Assembly: GCA_037379345.1 (NCBI GenBank)
Contig: CM074511.1
Coordinates: 13,082,001-13,146,000, forward strand
DNA from: Perna viridis
Taxonomy: Eukaryota
Reading direction: 5' to 3'
DNA: 64,000 nucleotides
Shown: positions 1 through 13,200 of the stretch, piece after piece
How positions within the stretch are numbered: the first letter of the stretch is position 1
How the letters are laid out: each line of letters starts with the position of its first letter
Made by a program: the position numbers and the translations under genes
Notes under the pieces: model-generated
Told to the model about the DNA's origin: nothing
Databases searched by the model: none
The model's input: the letters and a program-made list of their open reading frames with translations, nothing else

Positions 1-665
1 TTTGCTGAGGTACTTCTCACATCTTGGGTGAAACATCAACTTGCCAATCATATCTGTAGCAATGTACATCTTGATCTATTGGCAATTATTAGGATCAAAG
101 ATGCCATGACAACAACATGTCAGTTTTCACTAGAATTAATCATGACTATACTTTATAGAAGATAATTATTCTTAAGAGTTTAACACGTTGGTGGCTTTTT
201 TCAAACACATTAAATGAATATAAATATTTTTTCCCAGAGAAAAGCATACAGATTTTGCCATATGATAAGTATGCATCAAGAGGTCATAGCTTAAAGATTA
301 ATTGTGCTGTGAATTCATCAGAAGTATAAATATTTTTCATGAAAAGTTGATGTCATATTCTGCGACTCAAAATTGAAGTTATAAAAAATTAAAAAAAAAT
401 AAAATAAAAATACGCATGTACTGTTAAGTCATCACTCAAAAACCTAATTGTAAGATAATTTGACTATGTGTACACATACAAGACTGTAGTGTCAGTATTC
501 TGCTACACCTATTAAAAATATATCACAATCTATGACTAATAGTTAAAACTTCAATGATGCAGCTATGGATATTTCTTTAATGTTAGTCTCTTAAGATTCC
601 TATCAGATTCTCAGCAAAAGAATGAACAATGTATGCAGTCTTCTATACAAACACAACATGCATAC

Positions 666-879
666 CTTCACATAGATCAGTAAGAGAATTGGACAGATGA
701 AGCTGTTTCAAGCCACCACATTCAGGGGCAGATAATCTATTTAATGCAGGGTCAGAGGGTTTTGACAATTCGTACATTAAAACCCTGGAATCGTCATTTG
801 CATATCTTTCTAATGAGTTGTGGTTGGCACTCTGTTTGTTTAATTCATCTTCAATTCTTAGTTGTTCCATTCCATTGCA
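666..879 (-). CDS. IQSEC: IQSEC/BRAG post-PH exon: CNGMEQLRIEDELNKQ...SNSLTDLCE
   Basis: Acceptor ttttctcttacag|T and donor G|GTATGC; 214 nt, phase 0-1. MExxRIExELxKQ is the conserved post-PH helix of IQSECs. The 3' boundary is less certain. Confidence 0.85.
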
Positions 880-2198
880 CTGTAAGAGAAAAGATTGAAT
901 TTTTAGATGATTTTAATGTACACAATGGCTGCATTACCACACAAAGAAAATAATACTTCTTTGTGAAAGCCTTGTGTATTGTTAGTTAGTAGAAAAAGTA
1001 GGAGAATATATTTTATTGTCACATCAAACATTTTGCATTTAAAGTATTCTTCAAGCTATAAATTTCATTTGATAAAAGACGAAAAAAAAATTTTTTGTAA
1101 AGATTATCAATAAAATCTGCATTCAATATAATTACATAATTTTTGACAGAATCTAATGTACAGCAGAAAACAGAGCCTGTCAAGCTTTTAATATATTAAA
1201 CATGAAAAAAATATATATATATATATACAGAGATTTTAACAAAAGTAAGAACCATACAAGTTTTTCAGTTAATTGGTGTTTAAAATTGAAAGAGAATTTC
1301 AATCTGTTAACTATAAAGACATGGGTGCATACAAAAACACCAGTTTCATTTTACAGATATACCTTGAAGATAATAACAAGTTTAAGTAAAAAAATGTATT
1401 TTTTAAATGGGTAACTAACATTATATACAGCTTATCATGATGTAATATTTTACATCCCTCCATTGAATAGGTATAAAAACAGCATGTTATACAAGCAAAA
1501 AATGTAAAAACAAAAATGCTGAAGTTCTGAAGTATGTTCATCAGTGAAGACAGATCAGATAAATTGTGTAATTTAGTTTCTCTAATTTGTATTTAATCAC
1601 CAACTGATGAGTGGAAATGAACAGTTCTCTAATGTTACTGGTTCCCTGCCGTGAAACTGAATTGTAAACATACTGCAGTTGTCTATTTCGGAGATAAGTA
1701 AATAACAGAACAGCAAGGTTACATAACTAATGCATCTTCCCTAATGAACAGATGCTCTGCTATGTGCACCAGACTATAAACTGATGTTTTTACATCGTTG
1801 TCTCCATATTCAATGTTATCAAAGAGCAGAGGAATAAAAATGGGTGTTGATTACAACCTGTCTTTACTGAAATGAACGAGGACAACACCCTACTCCATAT
1901 CACATTTCATGTCTATTTTGTTTGGAACTTGTAACTTTACAGAATTATATAATCGAAATATAAGAGTAAAAATTGTGCAATAAAACTTTAAATACTTCTT
2001 CTACAAAAGCACTTGTTACCCTCATTTTTTTAGTTGCCTTTTCTTTGCTGATGGTGTTAAGGTATTTAAAGACAATTAAAACACTTGATTTGAATATGCT
2101 AGACAAGTTCATTCAGGGATATAATTGGGAAAAGTTCCGATGATTTTATATGACCATCCTATTTATCAAATTTAACTGGTTCTGGTCAAAATTTCTAC

Positions 2199-2320
2199 CT
2201 CTTGTATGGCTTCCTTGAGATCACCAACAAACTTTTGTCTATCATGGTCGTTTCTTGCATTGAATGTGATAAGTGTTTTACCATCTAAACCGTTGGTTAA
2301 CCTCACTCCAAACTGATAGT
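2199..2320 (-). CDS. IQSEC: IQSEC/BRAG PH-domain exon: YQFGVRLTNGLDGKTLITFNARNDHDRQKFVGDLKEAIQE
   Basis: Acceptor ttttctattttag|A and donor GAG|GTAGAA; 122 nt, phase 1-0. Encodes the PH C-terminal helix DRxKFxxDLxExI. Confidence 0.93.
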
Positions 2321-3335
2321 CTAAAATAGAAAATGTATAATGTTTATAGATATCTCTGGAGGATATATCTTGCACACATAATGATAAACACATTAGCAAT
2401 AGAGGTAAACCATATCCCATTATTTCATGTTTAATAAAATTGCTAATAAAAATGACAGATAGTAACTCTTTGATATATTAGCATACCAGTAGTTCAAAAT
2501 TAAATTGTAGAAAAATCAAGGGAGGATTTGTCGTTAAGGAGAATTAAAGAAGTTTTGAGTGAAAGCATTTTTTAAATTTCATGACACAACAATGCAAATG
2601 TACCTGTACAAATTAGTAATGAAGCTTAAAAAACTAAACAATATAAAAATCTCTTTTCTTAAAATGACACATTCAAGATATTATGACGCAAGTAAGTTAA
2701 CAGACTTGCATACAGAAGTACATGTATACTACTTTACTGCCTCAGTAATATATCACTGTAATAATAAAACCCTTACATCAAATATTACACAGCACATGTC
2801 AAATGTATATACTCTAACAGTACTAGGTAACTACAAGAGAATTAATCACCAATAACATGATGAAGGAAGCAATTAACAAAATAAAACTTTTGTTTAACCA
2901 TAAAATTATTGATACTCCTAAAAGGCACTATATCTGTCATGGACAAACAACAATTTGCTTAGATGTAATTTAATTAAAAACACCCACCAACTCCTCCATT
3001 AAAATGAGAAAATAATTTTCATAACGCCCCTAGTTAAATTTTTAATCAGTTACGTAACCGATTCTAAAAATTATAGTCTTGCATACAATTTCTGAATGTC
3101 AAACCTTAAAACCTACAAAAAATCTTGTGTGACAAACTATGCTTTACTATAGCAACATTGCTATTTGTGCAAAATGTCATATCGATCAAAGTCCATATGC
3201 AAAATGTATGAGATATTGAATAAAGCATAAGGTATAACCCTTCAAATGAAGACTCTGTCTTAATCCCTGTATGTTTACATTTCATTTTTGTAAAGAATGT
3301 GATGAATTTAAAATGACGATCCTGTTTGTACTTAC

Positions 3336-3435
3336 GGGATGTATCAAATAGGTACACATGCATGCCAGCCAATGTAAACGATTGTTTAAATGAGTATGTT
3401 ATTCCACTCTTTTTCTTACTCAGGATCTTTGTAAC
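3336..3435 (-). CDS. IQSEC: IQSEC/BRAG PH-domain exon: VTKILSKKKSGITYSFKQSFTLAGMHVYLFDTS(H)
   Basis: Acceptor ttatttttcag|G and donor C|GTAAGT; 100 nt, phase 0-1. VTKI..KKK...TYSF.QSF.L.GM matches the IQSEC PH domain. Confidence 0.93.
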
Positions 3436-3821
3436 CTGAAAAATAAGGTGACAGTGAATATTTGTTTCAATATCAAAGAGAATGAACTATACGAAAAACT
3501 AAAGTTTGATAAAATACTTAAAATGTTAAGTGATGATTTTGTTAGTCAGATATCTAAACTAAAGTTATGTGAATACCTAATAAAGTTTTTTTTCTGATTA
3601 AACTACTAGTAATGGCCCTCATTACATATGACTTATTTACATAATTTCTTGTAACATAGTGTACAATGTGAATTTTTTGGCAAAATGAAAAATTTGGAAA
3701 CTGCTGTAACATCAATAAGCAGTACAATACTATAACATTGTCAAAATTTTAAAACTGTGACTGCATATGACCTTTGTAGGACAGAATCCTACGACCTTTG
3801 AACTTTGACCTTAGTTCTTAC

Positions 3822-3947
3822 CAGTAAACAGTCATTGAACAGGAATACTTCACGTTGATGTAACCCAATTTTCTCTTTTTTGTTAGGATCATGGACCTCA
3901 TACAATCTACAGTAACACACCAATCTTCTATGGGGCAAGGCTAGTTG
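3822..3947 (-). CDS. IQSEC: IQSEC/BRAG PH-domain exon: [42 protein letters not shown]
   Basis: Acceptor tttttttcag|C and donor CTG|GTAAGA; 126 nt, phase 0-0. [11 protein letters not shown]...[10 protein letters not shown] is the IQSEC PH signature. Confidence 0.96.
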
Positions 3948-5067
3948 CTGAAAAAAAGATACCAGTCGGTATTGAGTTTGTTTTGACATCAGGTGACATC
4001 TATATATATATTGCAATATAACCGATGTTGCTTACAATCTCATATTTCATTGGACAAATGTGATAACAACCATGAAATTTAAGGCTCCATTGGGGGAAGA
4101 GGTGTCTGGAATGTTTCAGTCACTTTTATATATTGAATAATTGGAAATAGTTTTTATGTTAAACCAATAAATAATTGAAATATGAAAAATTGCACAGTGA
4201 TCACACAGTCTTAATCATATTTGGGTATTAACAAAGCCAGAATATACATCAGTCTTTTTTTTTAAAAGATAATACTTTTTTTTTAATAGCTATTGTGTAT
4301 TTTAAAAATAACTCACTACAAAAAAGAATTATCTGGACAATCCTTAAACACTTTATAATAGCATTAGCTTTCCAAGTTCTAATTTTTTTAGTACTTCTTT
4401 GTCCAATATAGCCTATCTATGCTATCAAGTTGGCTATGAAAACAAAAAACTTCAGCAGAATTTGTTTATAACATGCAAACTGTTAATATATTAGTACTTT
4501 CAACCTACTCAAAACAGCTATTTAGTCTTGTCAAATTAACACTATAACTATTCCATAAAAGGAAAGGCATAAAAATAAGGAGAGACCTATTGATTAATCA
4601 ATTAAGTTAATGTAAATGTATCTAATACAGTCTGGATCTACTGTCTACAGACACTCATGGATATTGATATGTCCAGAAAAAGAACAATCCTGTGGGTTTT
4701 TTACGAGAACTCCAGCCAATACTCCTTGTAATTTCCTATCAATGAGGAAGTTGGCCAGAATACAAGACCAGTAAATTTTGTTGTAATTATATTGTACTTT
4801 GTATCATGGTATCACTGACGATTAGTTTGATATACACTCAACTTAACTGATGTAAACTGATGTTAACAGACTTATATGTGTCTGAGATTACCTAATTTCA
4901 AACTCAGGAAATTAGTCAATGTACTGAAGTCAAAGACAATTTTCTTCTGATAAATGTTAAGGTATAAGTTTAGGACCTGCAAAATGTATCTCTGTGTATC
5001 TCTTTATCAACAAGAGCATCTTACATAAAACTTATAAATGTTAAGACTTTTTCTTGATTGAACTTAC

Positions 5068-5207
5068 TGGTTTCTTGCCAACGATAGTCTGTTCTACTTT
5101 CATAACCTGAGTTACATGGTCAACACCAGGTCGGAATTCTGTTTGTTTGATTCTGTCGTAGATTCCCAAAAGTATATCTCTGTCTATATCTTCACCATCA
5201 TCAATAT
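5068..5207 (-). CDS. IQSEC: IQSEC/BRAG exon: Sec7 C-terminus and linker (D)[46 protein letters not shown]
   Basis: Acceptor ttttcctctccag|A and donor CCA|GTAAGT; 140 nt, phase 1-0. Contains the IQSEC linker DHVTQVxKVE. Confidence 0.94.
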
Positions 5208-5381
5208 CTGGAGAGGAAAAAATCATACCAATACAGTAAAATAATATCCAAAGAATATCCCTAAAATAATTGGCAATAAAATGCAGAAATCTTAAGATGT
5301 TGAAAGATCAGTTTACCTAAAATATAACAAGAGAAAATTTTCTACATATATGAGGGTGGATATGACCTTCGCTCCCCCTCC

Positions 5382-5401
5382 ACACACACACACACACACA
5401 C
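5382..5401. repeat. (CA)n microsatellite
   Basis: About 10 CA units. Confidence 0.85.
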
Positions 5402-8400
5402 TAAAAAACAAATAGGCCACACTTTTTAGCACAATGTTTGTTTTCAATTCATTTGTCAGTTAAATTAACTATCCCCCTTTCCAAAAAATAAATTTTGTTA
5501 AACTCTCATATATAACACATACAGTTCGAGAGTTTATTGCTGAACAAATTTAATATGTATGTCACAATGTTCATGATCCAGGATGTCAGCAAACATTTGG
5601 CTACCAATTCAATTTGTCCTTATAAACAAGGTGAATATCAAGTACATCTAAGCACCATATTAAAGATCAACTGAAATAATGATGTATTTCTTGTGAAAGA
5701 GCCAAAAACTTTTTTCAGCATTTACCAAGATCAATAACCATAGAAATTACCCCTAATGACTCTAAGAATTTGTATCTAAGATTAAAGTGCATTTTATGTG
5801 CACTTCCAGTTTGTAAGATAAATAAACCACAAGAGATGCCCTTATTCTACACAATCGATTGCCTCACAACGATTATGGTGTATAAAATCATCAAAATCTA
5901 CTGATCCCTTTTTATCTTATTTATCCATAGGTTAATTTTTGTCCACGGAAGTCATTAAATTTTCTGGATCACCTCTTTCCATAGAAAGGTTCAATACCAA
6001 ATCAATATAGGGAATTAGGAGTTTTATTTAGCCATTGTGTAAATCTGAACTCAGTGTCACCTGGTTTGGAATATCTTAATCTAGCATCAAGATAATTATC
6101 ACCACAACATTCCTCTAAAGGGCCGTACCGGAAGAAATGTATCATCTTATAAAAAAGTTTTCCCCTTTAAAGTTTGATTACTATAGAAGCAACTTTTTTT
6201 AGATATAAGCTTAACCATCACAGCCATAAACTGTCTTCTATTTCAGTAGGTACAATACCATCCTTTTTCTATCTTAAATTTAAAGGGTCATGAGAAAAGA
6301 GAAAAATAAGACATTTAAAAGCAATTAAAACAATTTTTCAAAATATTGTATTTCAGCTATTTGTACCCTCTCTTGCAATGTTTTAGTGGGAAAGCAAACC
6401 AAGGACTTCTTAGGTGAATCTCCCTGAACTTCATGTTCCTTTCCAGCAAAGCTGACCACAACTTTCTTCAAAGAAAGTTCACATGAACTTAAAACATTTG
6501 CACAAACAACTTAATCAAATTAAATAAACCCAGATGACCAGATGAAAGTTTGAGCTGAGTTCCACAATACCTCCTATGAATCAATAGGTTTATAATGAGC
6601 TTTGGTATTGTTTAATAAAGTGTTTTAGAAACCAAAATGAAAATACATCCAAAATAACACTACATAAGTTATTGTATCTATTTCTGTAGTTTTTGTAATA
6701 CAAGTAGTGCAAGAACAAGTTTGACCTATCGTGTCAGGTTGTGCCCTTCCAACCACCTTTTCAAACTAGAGATAATTAATCAGTGTAATTTCTGAAATGA
6801 TCTATAAAATTGATAAGATCTATCCGAACTTCACTATTATCATTCTTTCCTTATCTTAATGTGAAGAAAGAAAAAACCGAATCTGTAATGAAAGTCATAA
6901 AAAGTTCACAAAACATGGTGCACAGCTTCTCATTCTGAAAAGATTTTATTTTTCATATATGATTTTTTTAACTTTCAAGTGAATTTTAAGTAGTTATGCA
7001 GAGGCCTTATCTTATTCATATTAAGATTGTGTAGATTTTTATTGAAGTCTCAGGTGGGCATCAGACTAGATCAATTCTATATTTCATCACCAGACTATAA
7101 AAACACAAAAAAACAGGTGTTAGATAGATACATGTAGGTCATATGTGCATGAAAAGTTCATATTTGTAGAAAATATAAAATACTTGAATAGATTTATTTG
7201 TACAAGTACCAGTATGGAGAGTTATGTGTGTAATCAACACTAATATGAAAGAAACAAAAGTAAATGTGTATTTCTATAGATATTATGAAAATAAAACCAC
7301 ACCCTTTCCTTCAATTGCAATGAAAACGTTTTGTCCATATAATATTAGAACATATTATTGTGAAAAAATAAACTTCAACATAGTAAAAGCCTGATAGCAA
7401 TATTTCTCCATTTTTTCAATATAACTTGGCAAACCTATATTTTTCAGTGACCTTAAAACCAAGGGAGTAAAGAAAAAAAAAGAAACCACGAAAATTCAAC
7501 TAAGAGCATAAAATTCAAAACATACTCAGGTTTCAAATCATAATTAAACAAGACATGCAAAGACAGACTTTTAAATCATTTAACCTCATAGGTATTACTG
7601 GCTAAAGTTCACTCCTCAAATTCCTAGTAATTGAGAAAAATTTCATTCAATGGTTTTTTAACCTAAATAAATGTGACTGACATTTAAAATCTCAACTCAA
7701 GTAACAGCTTTTAACATTTTCTTTCTCAAATTAATGTTTAAATTCCCTAGTTAGTTAATGAAGCTCATAAATCTCACTGTGGCTTAAATACATGGTAGTA
7801 GTTTAAGTAAATTTGCTTAATAAGCTAATTTACCTTTTTAAAAAACGGGTTATGATAAAAAAAATGAAAAATTCCTGCAAAATTTGCTTATTTAGAATTC
7901 ACATAAGTTCTCAATTTGTGCCTTTAGACAATTGTTTGATTTGAATGTATTCTAATTTGTATTTAAATGCAATAGGAAACACTAATTTTACAAAACAATA
8001 TTACAATATTCCAATGATTCTAAGAGAATTTTAATGAATTGAACTAGAAAGTGGGGATGCAGTAAAATATAGGAGCTGTTAGATAATATATGTTGAAAAC
8101 TCTTCAATATATTGTTGAAAATCAAATCTATTACACAGGTAACTTTTTTTTTCTTCCGAATTTGCATGACATTTAGAAAAAAAAATATCAAACTATCAAT
8201 CCTTCTTATTTAACATGTGACAAATCAACTGTTCAATCAAGAACTGATTAAAGTCTGTTTAATATTACAAATTACATTCTATACATAAAAGATACACAAG
8301 TCCTTGATCTTTTCCCTCCTATATCCTGTGATGTATAGATGCTTTATTTGTTTGTTTGACCTATGTCAACTTCATTATATGTTGACAAACTAACAACCAC

Positions 8401-9456
8401 CTAGTTCAACATCTGGTCCCGTGCCAAGCCATAGGGATGGACATGGTCCTATGTTTAGAAAAATCCATTCTCCCATTCCTAGCTGGTGATTAAATTTCAG
8501 TGAGAGTTTTCTCACCATCTTACATTTTTCGTGTCTTCTACAGATTTCATGGTAAAACTGATTCTAATTCAGTCTTTCCTCAATTTAAATCATTTCTCCA
8601 CTCTTATGGTAAAATCAGATTTTAATATGCTTGCTAAAGCTTGCATGTTAAAAATCTCAATTTTACAATCCTAAGAGGAAATAATTTAAAGCACTCATTA
8701 CTCACCAGCTGTAATGATGCTTAAGCCTTCACTTTCCACCCTATCTATCTACTGACCATCTTCTTGGGTGAAAACCAGTATAAGAGCATGTTTTTACACA
8801 AAAACTTAAAAAAGGACCACATTGAACATGTTCTATTATGTAGAGTAAACAAGAATTTTTTTATTTAAGATATTACAAAACAAATACAGGCTATTGCCAG
8901 TATGAACTCTCTTACAAAGGAGGCTAATTATTCTATCCCCAACAGAGGAGACAGTAGGACTATAGACTATGCTTATTTTACCCTCCAGAAACCTTTTAAT
9001 GTACCCATGATGCACTGGTTACATAAATAATGTGACAAAAGCATAATTAGGTCCCTTTTGTGGGGTTTAAATGATTTGTATTTAATGTGATATATGAAAC
9101 CATTCCAGTCCTTCTGGAGTCTATCAATGACACCAAGCAATTATTTCCAAGTTACAAGTTTATTAGTATTCAGAATAGATATTTGAATGTATCTTCAGGT
9201 ACAAAAAAATTGATTAAACATAACATGTTTATTTTTCTTTATCAACATGCATTCACCAACTTGTGGTAAACATAACTTGACATGCAAATAGTGAGGTAGT
9301 GTGAACAAGAGTAATTGACTTGAAACAATGTACTTTTAAATGCCAAATGAAACAAATTACTTATGCCACTAACAGGTAAAGTTTCTTGAAATCGTAAGAA
9401 CATGAAAACAGACAAAACTTTTCAATACTTTAGATTAAAGCCTAAATGCACAAGAT

Positions 9457-10032
9457 CAGTAACCATGTATCTCACTTCTTCAACTCACCAGTGACCATGT
9501 ATCTCACTTCCTCAAATCACCAGTGACCGTGTATCTAGCTTCCTCAACTCTACAGTGACCATGAATCTTACTCCACTTACTCACCACTGACCATGTATCT
9601 CACTTCACTAACTCAACAATGACCATGTATCTCACTTCCCTAACCCACCAGTGACCATGTATCTCACTTCCTCAACTCACCAGTGACCATGTATCTCACT
9701 TCACTAACTCACCAGTGGCCATGTATCTCACTTTGCTGACTCACCAGTGACCATATATCTCGCTTCTCCAACTCACCAGTGACCATGTATCTCACTTTGC
9801 TAACTCACCAGTGACCATGTATATCACTTCACTAACTCACCAGTGACCATGTATCTCACTTCCCCAACTTACTAGTGACCATGTATCTCACTTCCTCAAT
9901 TCACCAGTGACCATGTATCTCAATTCACTAACTCACCAGTGACCATGTATCTCACTTCACTAACTCACCAGTGACCATGTATCTCACTTTGCTAATTCAC
10001 TAGTGACCATGTAACTCACTTCCCAAACTCAC
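9457..10032. repeat. 32-bp minisatellite, 18 copies (consensus ACTCACCAGTGACCATGTATCTCACTTCNCTA), abutting the donor of exon 10033-10207
   Basis: The GACCATG core or a close variant recurs every 32 bp from 9461 to 10005. Confidence 0.95.
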
Positions 10033-10207
10033 CTCTTAGATTTTTAATGAATTCTTCAGGTTTCATACGTCTTTCTTGTTTGATGCTACGATTATGAAGA
10101 TCTGTGGTCAACATGATGATTGCAAATGCTAACAGGAAAATGGTGTCAGGATTCTTAAAGTTCTTTACTTGGTCAGGATTGCAGTCACAAAATCTAGAAG
10201 CAAAAGC
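10033..10207 (-). CDS. IQSEC: IQSEC/BRAG Sec7 exon: [58 protein letters not shown]
   Basis: Acceptor tttcttttttcag|G and donor G|GTGAGT; 175 nt, phase 0-1. Contains Sec7 motif 2 ([13 protein letters not shown]). Confidence 0.95.
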
Positions 10208-13200
10208 CTGAAAAAAGAAACATGAAAAATTATTTATTAAAAAAAAGGATAAAATGTAGTATCATACATGCATCAGCAACATGCAACAACACTCAATGTT
10301 TTTTCATGATCTACAATGAATAAGAACTGATGGTTTGTTTTTTTTTTCAATAACATAACAACAGTTTTTCTGCTGATCTTTCAGTATGTTAAGTGCATCG
10401 TCTGGTATTTTCATAATTTTTGTGTTACTTCTTTATGTTTTTCTTTATTTTGGGAATAACATTCAGGTAAAACATAGTTAGCATTAGGGACAAAGGATTG
10501 AAAAGAAAACTACTGTTGAGATATAAACAAATATGGCATTCAGATAGGAGCCTATTACTGACTATACTGCTGAACCAACCAACTAAATTTACTGCATGCT
10601 ACATTAATTTCCGTAATAACAACATCAGTATGTTCTGTATTTGTTAATAGCTCAGTTAAAGGCTAATTACAATGTAAAAATTGTATAATGAAGTAACAAC
10701 TCAAAGCAGACACCCTCACTTACAGCAATATAAACAGTCTCAAGTTAATTCATTTTCCTTGGAGGTCAAGGCCAGAATAAAATATCCCTGCTTACCATAT
10801 TATATATATATTACAGCTTATTTTTCTGTTTTTTGGTTTTCCTGTTGTGACAAACCATAAAACTGACACCCTCACTTCAGAACATTAACTCTATAGAGTA
10901 TAATTGTCTTTAATTTCTGTGGAAGTTCAAAGTATAATATGACACCAACACTTTAACAATGGTGTTAAATAGTAAATACTCTTCAATAAGCATGATTCAA
11001 AGAGGAAAAATTAAGTCCAGTGAAGACAGAAGGCAGAGGCTGAGTGCTAAAAGTCCTTGCAATAAGAGTATATCAAGTTAATCCTCCAAGAGATTTTGAT
11101 CTTTAGCATCATTACAATAGAGAAATCAGATACACACACTTCAAATGAACAAGAACTTCCTCTTGTAATTCCAAAATTAAATTTGTAAAGCTCAAGATTA
11201 TGAAACCACCTTGAATGATTGGAAGTTATAGATGGGGATGACATGCTGTGTCTGACTTGAGTACACTGGTCTAAAGGTCATCATTATATGTTTATATTTT
11301 TTCTCCAGTATTTCCATTTAATTAGGAATGTTTACTTTCCCTTTTTAGTAGACACTTGGCTGATTATATACTTTAGTTTTCTGTGTTTTCATTGTGTTTT
11401 GATTGTTATGTGTGGTAATTTTCTGCATCTGATTCACCTTAATTGCTATCATTTCGCTTAGCTTCTACCATTTTTTTTATTACCATAGTGAGTAGACTAG
11501 ACTAATGATGCACCCAACAAAGGACTTAAAGGGAAAAAAAAGCATGATTTGAGAAAAGTTTATTCCTTGAATCAATTAATACAAATGTATAAAGGAGAAA
11601 GCAATTTTTTGTCACTTGACATGCAAGTTTCCAATAAAGCTTAACCATCTGTTCAGGAAAATGTTCATTAATACTTGTTAAAATCTACAATGAGCAAATT
11701 ATTTGGTGCCATCTACTTCAAAATTAGCCAGTTTTAGTCACAACAGACTAGACCATGAATCATTGAACAACTTACTTAGAGCGGAAGGCACCAAAATGGA
11801 GAAAATGGCTGTTTTCATAGCCTGATTTCATCATGCTGGTGACAGAGCCATTAGTTTTCTAGAGATAAAAAGTAACGCAATAAAATTCCAATGTCCAAAT
11901 TATTTTTTACAATTTTTGCCATTTTATATCTCCATTTACCATCAATAATCTAAGAGAAATATGATTTGCAAAATATTAAACCAATTCTTCTTTCATTTTT
12001 TTCCCAGAAAGCAATCATTTAAGTGGACTCAGATGTAAAAAAAAGTATTACTGATTGATGGGTAATGATAGCTCTAAATAAATAATCAATGTATTCAAAT
12101 AGAATAAATTTATTAGTTATCAGAATTGATTAACAATTGACAAAAACAAACCTAAGTTCTGTACATTGTGACTGTTTCAGCTTTCATCAGTACAAGATTT
12201 AAAAAAAAAATATCTTCAATGGTGATTCCTTTAATCTGATGATATATTGTTAAAACACTGCATGCATTATTGCCATTTTTTTCATATCTGTCCCAAATGA
12301 AATATAATCAATTCACATTTTTGGCAATAAAACATCAGAGTTATTCCCCAACATACAGTGTATGGAAAACTGACAGAGAAAGTGAGACTTGAGAATGAAA
12401 TCAATGTCAGAAAGATTAAAGATATGGTATTGGACAATTCTGAGATACACTCCAACAAAATGATACAAATCTACTTAATCATCTTCTTTGCAGGTTATGT
12501 AATAAAAGTCATTCTTTAGTGTTTTATGGACATGACTAATATGGTAGATGAATGGTCAACAGGCAGAAATGTGGAATTTCTCCCCAAACATGCAAGCTAA
12601 TGGAGTAGAAATTATTTATGATGACTATACCATCATTAGAAGTATCAATAAAATTATAGAGGCCTGTATTTATTTTTGTCTACTATCAAAATGGAAAAGC
12701 AACATCAGATGTTAAAACTAGATATATCAATGATGATGTCATGAACTATATGCACTGAGCTGACAACAACCAGAATAAACATAAAATGCCAGAGAAAAAC
12801 AACCATACATTTTATAAGAGGTGTTTCTGAAGGAGCCATTACAAGGCTTTCAGTATTTATTTAAAGTAACACTGTATTTTACAATAAGAGAGTATTATAT
12901 AAGAGTGGTCTAATCCAAATTATGTCATGTACTTCGAAATGCCAGAACTTAGAGTGAAGTAGTGAACAAAAATAACCACATAAGATGTCATATTCTTAGA
13001 GGTTGTTTCAAAGCAAAGGGGTCAACTGAAAAGAAGTGAGTGCACTTTAATGAAAAACAAAAATCTGTTCCTTTTGAAATCCACAAATATATGGATACAT
13101 TTAGCTTAATCATTATAAACACATGTAAGATCATGCAAGTAACTTGAAGACCCATAAACTTCAGAGTTCTCCTCATTAATTCTTCTCATGTCACCATCTT

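Noticed and set aside
12160-12197. Minus-strand CTGATGA-AAGCT-GAAAC-AGTC resembling a minimal type I hammerhead ribozyme
   Set aside because: Stem I pairing is out of register and stem III cannot close. Other CTGANGA hits (about 1604, 17855, 63182) also lack compatible stems.
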